Program-made: the position numbers and the translations under genes
The notes under the pieces: generated by a model
Databases searched by the model: none
Seen by the model: only the letters and a program-made list of their open reading frames with translations
What the model was told of the DNA's origin: nothing
Part shown: piece after piece, positions 60,101-64,000 of the stretch
How positions within the stretch are numbered: the first letter of the stretch is position 1
Layout: each line of letters begins with the position of its first letter
NCBI GenBank assembly: GCA_947473125.1
Contig: CANJDH010000015.1
Span: 184 to 64,183, forward strand
Source: Burkholderiales bacterium
GTDB lineage: Bacteria; Pseudomonadota; Gammaproteobacteria; Burkholderiales; JAEUOS01
DNA: 64,000 bases
Direction of reading: 5' to 3'

Positions 60101-63100
60101 TGATGGTCGCCACCCCGCCTTGCGCGATCACGCTGGGCGCAAACGATTTGCTGATCAACGGCGTCGGCAGCACATTGAGCACCGCAGTGCCCGAGGTTGC
60201 GCCGGTTCCACCGCCACCGGTCACGCCGGTGGTGAAATTCAGGTTGGCCCCGGACACCGAGGTGGTGACAGAGAATGTGATCGTGCAACTGCCCGCCGCC
60301 GGCACGCTGCCGGCATTGATGCTGATGCTGGACGCCCCGGCTGCCGCCGTGGGCGCGGTGGTCACCCCGGTGCAGGTGCCGCCGACAACTGGTGACGCGA
60401 GCACCATGCCGGATGGAAAGGTGTCGGTGAAGCTGATCGGCGAGACGGCTCCCGCCTGCGAGTTGGACAAGGTCAAGGTAACCAACGACGTCCCGCCGGC
60501 CGTGATCGACACCGGCGAAAAGGCCTTGCTGATGCCGATCAAGCCTGCCGTAAGGACCGCGCTCGTCGCATTACCGGTCCCGCCGTTGGTGGAGGTGACG
60601 CGCACACCGGCGGCGCCGGTGCCGGCGCCAGTATCGATGGTGTTGGTATAACTGCCCGCAACCGCTGTTTGCACGTTAACGGTGATCACACATTGCCCGC
60701 CAACGGCCAGCGTCAACCCGGCGCCGCCCACGGCGACCTGCGTACCACCGGCCGCTGCGGTGATGGTTCCTGCCAGAAGCGATCCCGCCGTACAGTTGGC
60801 AACCGCACCGGGTGTCGCGGTATTGACCAGATTTGCGGGATAGCTGTCGGTAAACGTCACGCCGGTCAGTGTCGACCCATTGAACGCCGGGTTGCTCACC
60901 GTGATCGACAGTACCGTCGCCGTGCTCAGCGCCACCGTCGAAGGAGTGAAGACCTTCGAGATTACCGGCGGCACGACCCCGATCAGGCTGGCAGTGGCCG
61001 CCGTGCCGATGCCGGCATTGCTGGTGGTGACCTGGCTGGTTGAGTTGAGGTGCGAACCGACCGTGGTGGTGGTCACGCCGGGAACGTTGATGGTGCAACT
61101 ACCCCCGGCCGGCACCGTCAACCCGGATACCGAGAAGGCCGTCACCGAAGGCGAAGAAGTGACGCCGTTGAACCCCCCGGCAGTGCAGGTACCCGTGATC
61201 GTGGTGGCCGCAAACGTCATGCTGGTCGCACCGGGGAACGTATCGGAGAAACTGGCACCGGTAACGGCTGATCCGTTCGAGTTCGAGATCGTGAAACTCA
61301 TCGTCGACAGCCCGCCAACCGGAATCGTCGAGGGCGTAAAGGTTTTAGCGAGGGTCGGCACGGCCAGGCCGCTTCGGTTGAGAGTGCCCGAACCCACCGA
61401 GGCGGGCGCATTGGCCCAGCTGGCACTGGCAGTGTTGATGTAGTCTCCGTTGGCGGCGGTAGTGACGCTAATGGTGAGGGTACAACTGCCCAAAGGCGCC
61501 AGCGTCACCGCCGACAGAGACACGCTGCCCGCCGCGCTGGTCGCGGTCGCACTCGAACCGGAGGTGCAATTGATGGTGCGGTTGGGCGAGCCCGCGGTGG
61601 TCATCGCTCCTGGAGCAACCGGATAGGTATCGCTCAGAGTGCCGCCGGTGAGCGTGGTGGTGGTGTTGGGGTTGGTGACGACGATCGTAAGCGTCGAGAT
61701 GCCGGCACCCGTGACCGAGACCGGATTGAAACTTTTGGCGATGGTGGCCGCACCGATCACCGTCAACTGCGCGACATTGGAACCGTTGCCCGCCGTGGTG
61801 TTGCCCTGATACTGCGCACCGCTGGTCTGGTTGTTGTAAATCTTCGCACCGGTGGTGACGGTACTGCCGACATTGACCGTGATCGTGCAGGTGGCGCCGG
61901 CGGCGATAGTCACGGCATTTGCGGCCCGCACGATCACGCCGCTGGTCGCGGCAGTGGTGTTGACCGGAATGGCGGGCACATTCGTAGCCGCGCCACAGCC
62001 GCTGAAACTCACCGACGGGGTCGCAGCGTTGAGCAAACCGGATGGGTAGGTGTCGCTGAACGTCACCTGATTGACAGCCACCGCATTCGGGTTGGTAATG
62101 GCGATCGACATGGTCGATGTCGGCGTGTTGGTTCCGGTCGTGCCCAGCGGCGGCACGTTGCCCGGCACGGTATTGGCCGACGCCTGGATCGCACCTGGGC
62201 TGAACGATTTCACGATGCTCAACTGGGCCACGCCCAATACAGCAGCCCCGGAAGTGCCGGTACCACCGTTGGCCGAGGTGACCGGGTTGGTCAGGTTCGA
62301 AAGATTAGTCGGCCCGGTAACGCTGCTGTTGTGGGTGACGGCGACGGTGATGGTGCATGAGCCGTTCGGCGCGATTGTCGCCCCCGGGTTCATGCCGATG
62401 GTATTGCCGCCGGCCACTCCGCCGGTCAGCGTGCCCGGGGTCGAGCCCGCAGTACACACTACTGAAGAATTGGACGGCGTGGCGTTGATCATCCCGGTCG
62501 GATAGGTATCTGCAATGACCACACCGTTCAGGTTGGACGGGTTGGTGGACGGATTGGTCAGCACCAGGCTGAGCGTCGAGGTGCCGTTGAGCGGGATCGA
62601 TGACGGCGAAAAGGTCTTGACGATGTCCGGCGGCCCGATCACGTTTCCCGTGGCGGCCGAACTCGATGTACCGAATTGCGTCTGGATCGTCTGCCCGCTG
62701 TACGAGATGCTGGCCGTGTTGGTAATCAGGGTGCCGGCCGGTGGCGCTGCGGGGCGACCGCTCAAGCCGTCGTTCAGGATGGTGTCAAACGCAACTGCCG
62801 TGGCTTCGCCGAAGTTGAGCGTGCCGCCTAACGTACCGTTGGCGCCGTGTCCAAGACGGAAGCGCACGCACGGCGCCGCCGAAGGGGCGCACGAAGGCGC
62901 CGAAGTGATGTATTCAGCGACGTCGGCATCCACCGTGTCGCTGTAGGTGGCCACTGCTGGGGCGACGGGCGAACCGACCGGCGTAGCGGTCACGCGCAGA
63001 CTGCCCGGCACATACGTGGTATTGGCGGGGATCGGGTCCGTGACCGTCAGGAACGTACCGGCGTCGATGCCCGTATTCGCCATCGAAATGTTCCAGCGAA

Positions 63101-64000
63101 TCGTGTCGCCCGGCGTCAAGGCGCCACCATTCAGGTCAGTGAGCGTCTTGACCACGTTGGGCGTGATGATCGGCACGTAGATATCGGTAGCCCAGGTCAC
63201 CACCTGCGGATAATAAAACTCGCCGTTGGTAATGAGCGAAAGTGTCGCCGACGTGGCGCCGTTGCCTACGATGCCCGTAGCCAGGTTGAACCGGTCCAGC
63301 TCGAAGCCGTAGTTGTTGTTGTAGGCAGGATTCCGGGAGGTAACCATGGTTCCCAAATCGGAGATGGTCGAGTTGTAGAAATTGTTGCCCGGGTTGTTGG
63401 CGTCCGAGATCGTGGTCGGCGACGGATTGGTGGACGAGCTGATCTGAAGCGTGTCGCCCTGATAGATGGTGGTACCGCGATCACCGTCGTAACCGACGGT
63501 GCCGACGCGCGTGGTGACGGTGCCGGAGTACGGTGTCAAAAAGCCGCTGACGGGAATATTGACCCCCAGGGTTCCGGTACCCTGAACAAGAGCGTAGCCG
63601 TCGTACACCACCAGGTTTCGCAAGGGCAAGGAATTATTGGCGTAGACAATCACCAGCGCCCAGCCGCCGAAATATCCGGGCACGGTGGGAGTCGCTCCGG
63701 TATTCGCCTGCAGGTTTGCGCCCCAGTAGGTTCCACTACCTCCGGCTTGAACCAGTGCGGTAACGTCCGCAAACGCAGCGTAGACATTGCCGCTTGCATC
63801 GATTTGCGTCGCATTGACCGCCGTATACCCCCCCATGGCGGGCGTGCGCAGCAATATGCTGCCGCGCTGGGCATTGGCCGAGTTCGCGCCCCAGTACATC
63901 CCCGCCCAGAGAATCGTCGACCCGCTCGCAAGATTGAGATCCGCACTCGACGAGTTGGTCAAGCCAAGTGAGGCCGCGCTGGGGTCGACATTGATCGCCG
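54117..64000 (-). CDS. Giant repetitive surface/adhesin-like protein (more than 3,290 codons in the window; 5' end beyond 64,000)
   Basis: The single frame stays open to the window edge: codons upstream of the TTG at 63962 read AINVDPSAASLG with no stop. The ORF contains an N-terminal region, 17 tandem DUF11-like domains, two SdrD-B/prealbumin-like domains and a terminal DUF11-like domain. Confidence 0.9.
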   Translation of the reverse strand, partial: AINVDPSAASLGLTNSSSADLNLASGSTILWAGMYWGANSANAQRGSILLRTPAMGGYTAVNATQIDASGNVYAAFADVTALVQAGGSGTYWGANLQANTGATPTVPGYFGGWALVIVYANNSLPLRNLVVYDGYALVQGTGTLGVNIPVSGFLTPYSGTVTTRVGTVGYDGDRGTTIYQGDTLQISSSTNPSPTTISDANNPGNNFYNSTISDLGTMVTSRNPAYNNNYGFELDRFNLATGIVGNGATSATLSLITNGEFYYPQVVTWATDIYVPIITPNVVKTLTDLNGGALTPGDTIRWNISMANTGIDAGTFLTVTDPIPANTTYVPGSLRVTATPVGSPVAPAVATYSDTVDADVAEYITSAPSCAPSAAPCVRFRLGHGANGTLGGTLNFGEATAVAFDTILNDGLSGRPAAPPAGTLITNTASISYSGQTIQTQFGTSSSAATGNVIGPPDIVKTFSPSSIPLNGTSTLSLVLTNPSTNPSNLNGVVIADTYPTGMINATPSNSSVVCTAGSTPGTLTGGVAGGNTIGMNPGATIAPNGSCTITVAVTHNSSVTGPTNLSNLTNPVTSANGGTGTSGAAVLGVAQLSIVKSFSPGAIQASANTVPGNVPPLGTTGTNTPTSTMSIAITNPNAVAVNQVTFSDTYPSGLLNAATPSVSFSGCGAATNVPAIPVNTTAATSGVIVRAANAVTIAAGATCTITVNVGSTVTTGAKIYNNQTSGAQYQGNTTAGNGSNVAQLTVIGAATIAKSFNPVSVTGAGISTLTIVVTNPNTTTTLTGGTLSDTYPVAPGAMTTAGSPNRTINCTSGSSATATSAAGSVSLSAVTLAPLGSCTLTISVTTAANGDYINTASASWANAPASVGSGTLNRSGLAVPTLAKTFTPSTIPVGGLSTMSFTISNSNGSAVTGASFSDTFPGATSMTFAATTITGTCTAGGFNGVTSSPSVTAFSVSGLTVPAGGSCTINVPGVTTTTVGSHLNSTSQVTTSNAGIGTAATASLIGVVPPVISKVFTPSTVALSTATVLSITVSNPAFNGSTLTGVTFTDSYPANLVNTATPGAVANCTAGSLLAGTITAAAGGTQVAVGGAGLTLAVGGQCVITVNVQTAVAGSYTNTIDTGAGTGAAGVRVTSTNGGTGNATSAVLTAGLIGISKAFSPVSITAGGTSLVTLTLSNSQAGAVSPISFTDTFPSGMVLASPVVGGTCTGVTTAPTAAAGASSISINAGSVPAAGSCTITFSVTTSVSGANLNFTTGVTGGGGTGATSGTAVLNVLPTPLISKSFAPSVIAQGGVATITFTILNPSSIAASAGALVDSYPAGMVNANPSNAATTCNGVPLTAAPTLTATAGAANLSATNLYLPSNGNCILTVRVTAAAAGPYVNTVPAGALTSTGGANNLPASATLTVLLPPTVSKVFVPPAVAANGASTLIISLTNPNTTPITGVGFTDTYPVVAGIYTNDTPDNGATTCAGGTVTSANAGASIALSGGTISPNSTCTVTVNIRASATAGSYNNTIGAGAVTTSNAGSNAAAANSSLSVARPFVSKVFTVNPVQPSGTSTLTFTITNPNAAPMTQVGLTDLLPTVPATMTVVTPASTAMCGGTLTTSNGPATIRLNNATVATSGTCVFSVAVAAGASAGSYVNVTNAVTSGATVGNTATDILRAMAAPTVVKSFSPATVGANVASVLTITLSNSNGFAITGGAFTDNYPANMTNTASPAGTTTCSGGSVSAANNGSLVALSGGTIPANGSCTVSVNVQASAAGIYLNSTGTITASNAPSGAAASSALTVLQPLRVSKSFLPTTVNAGVASVMTISLFNPNPTAGANVTGVALTDVYPSGMINTATPTPAIGGAGCAAAGTITGIANDNQLSYSGTVPANTTCTLTVNVTSNTGGVFLNSTGITTTGNAGSTASTSGTLVVNPPASTTAPVIATKTFTPSTIAAGGVSTLSISVFNPNSVAATSAATVFTDTYPTGITNTAAAGGTVTGAGCVVQSFTAAANGNSFAALGTGGTNFVIPAGGTCVYTRQVTASAMGLYTNSTGAITLAQPAGASGTQATAQLTVMAPPSISKSFTPSTVGAAVTATVMTLTLINPNGVPITGVDLTDAYPANLRTTATPNLVNGCAGTATSAALATSLTLTGGAIPASGSCTISVNVESTVNNVNITNTVATSGVTTTNAGSPIAPASATLSVGTATRPMSITKAFSTNPIAVGGQSDLVFSITKNSLAAQANMTFRDVFPAGMTLFDNTSAQAGGCGFTRTDLFGGAISAGDTGVIATLGAFAGAAAIGTVCTVTVRVTTSVPGAFNNSTTPITSSTHVGNNATATLIVTAPPTIAKSFSPSSVTIGQTTALTFTIQNRHTVEIDTLAFTDTMPAGMVIDSPSGAINNCNGTLTATPGTNVISLVNGLLGAGSLGSPTTCTITVNVQATRSGTFNNVTGTVSASSGTGNLTNATLTVAPLPPSAVEITKSFTPSTISAGGVATMSFVLSNLNASIATSGATVMFSDPFSNMRVTTSGTVVNTCGVSTVQFLAGTGVWSGTQGGAIGVRLSGTGSTSAVVPARVSATPGTCRIDVPVTSDTPGTLPNSTTGVTANVVTPGVTGSPSNVANLTVNAAAPSISKAFGVPSIPVGGVASMTFTVTNPNSVTLTGMSFTDGLTNMQLAAVPNVRGTCASVSSTASGGNTSFTVTGGDIPGGGSCSVTVDVTSSSVSPALGWPNFASGVTTTQTPTAGSQSNVAYLIVYSAGVPVSGRVYVDSNDNGVLDLGAPGETWATGVNVFVNLVGTGGLVVQSVALTPGTGDFTFNNVDPGNYQIVVTNSAINAVAVAPTAWFFRAPASGGYATVSIGLVPSSNWNIGLRSGALISGKVFRDTGGAGATANDGVLQGVEAPANPQQPANLGQGIQGVTVQLTNCAATIYATTTTDVSGDYRFAVPAGPPALLCVIETNPQGHLSTGGSAGATQLISDIPNSGYTYCRTATGTTCASRPADSISFAPAANTSYQSLNFGDVPINRFTADQTKQAPPGEVVFYPHTYVPGSVGGVVFSVNAVARPNMTGWGEVIYRDSNCNGTIDPAETALVIGGSGVAGSTVLLDPNDTIAGDPSGRRLCIIVKESIPPSAPFGAQNQATVTGTFSYTNSLPALSTTLTVVDTTLSGSATGGDGLRLQKEVCNLDNAAANPGGAACVASSGAGFGTNNSGKVGDRLQYRIIYTNASSERLTSLVIRDSTPPFTVRTNNGSAPDIPAFNTTPGGLVTGALTDPGAGASGAFVWNFSGQLNPQATGIVTFTVTIQ
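55800..62640 (-). repeat. Array of 17 tandem ~125-155-aa DUF11-like domain repeats inside the giant ORF
   Basis: Each unit starts I/V-x-K-x-F-x-P and contains T(L/I)xN(P/S)N...FTDxYP. Each unit also has exactly two Cys: xxC(T/A/S)GG and G(S/T)CT(I/V)TV. Confidence 0.85.

Overview
GC-rich chromosomal segment with betaproteobacterial gene content and synteny; the taxon is an inference from gene families only. Positions 1 to about 45,000 are densely packed core housekeeping genes. They include the ruvB 3' end, the complete tolQRAB-pal-cpoB cluster, queC, tRNA-Lys, accBC-prmA and nrdAB. Further along are ampD with a PilS/PilR-like sigma-54 two-component pair, ffh, proB-obg-rpmA-rplU, ispB, tRNA-Pro, and a pilB(remnant)-pilC-pilD-coaE-zapD-yacG block. 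Positions 45,000 to 64,000 look accessory and hold the unusual content. (1) A minus-strand operon has three genes chained by ATGA overlaps: a TPR/GT9-like protein, a fused Memo-AMMECR1 protein and the AmmeMemoRadiSam radical SAM enzyme, followed by a histidine phosphatase. (2) A divergently transcribed 979-aa bitopic protein has a long cytoplasmic E/R/K-rich helical repeat region joined through one TM helix to an AsmA-like periplasmic domain. (3) A giant surface-protein gene of more than 3,290 codons runs off the window. It carries 17 tandem DUF11-like domains of about 130 aa, each with one conserved cysteine pair. Other points are a 5'-truncated pilB, a Lys/Ala-rich histone H1-like gene, and a small PP0621-like Cys-motif protein coupled to the sensor kinase. 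No CRISPR array, IS element, integrase or rRNA was seen. Many long ORFs in the track are antisense or alternate-frame artefacts of high GC content.
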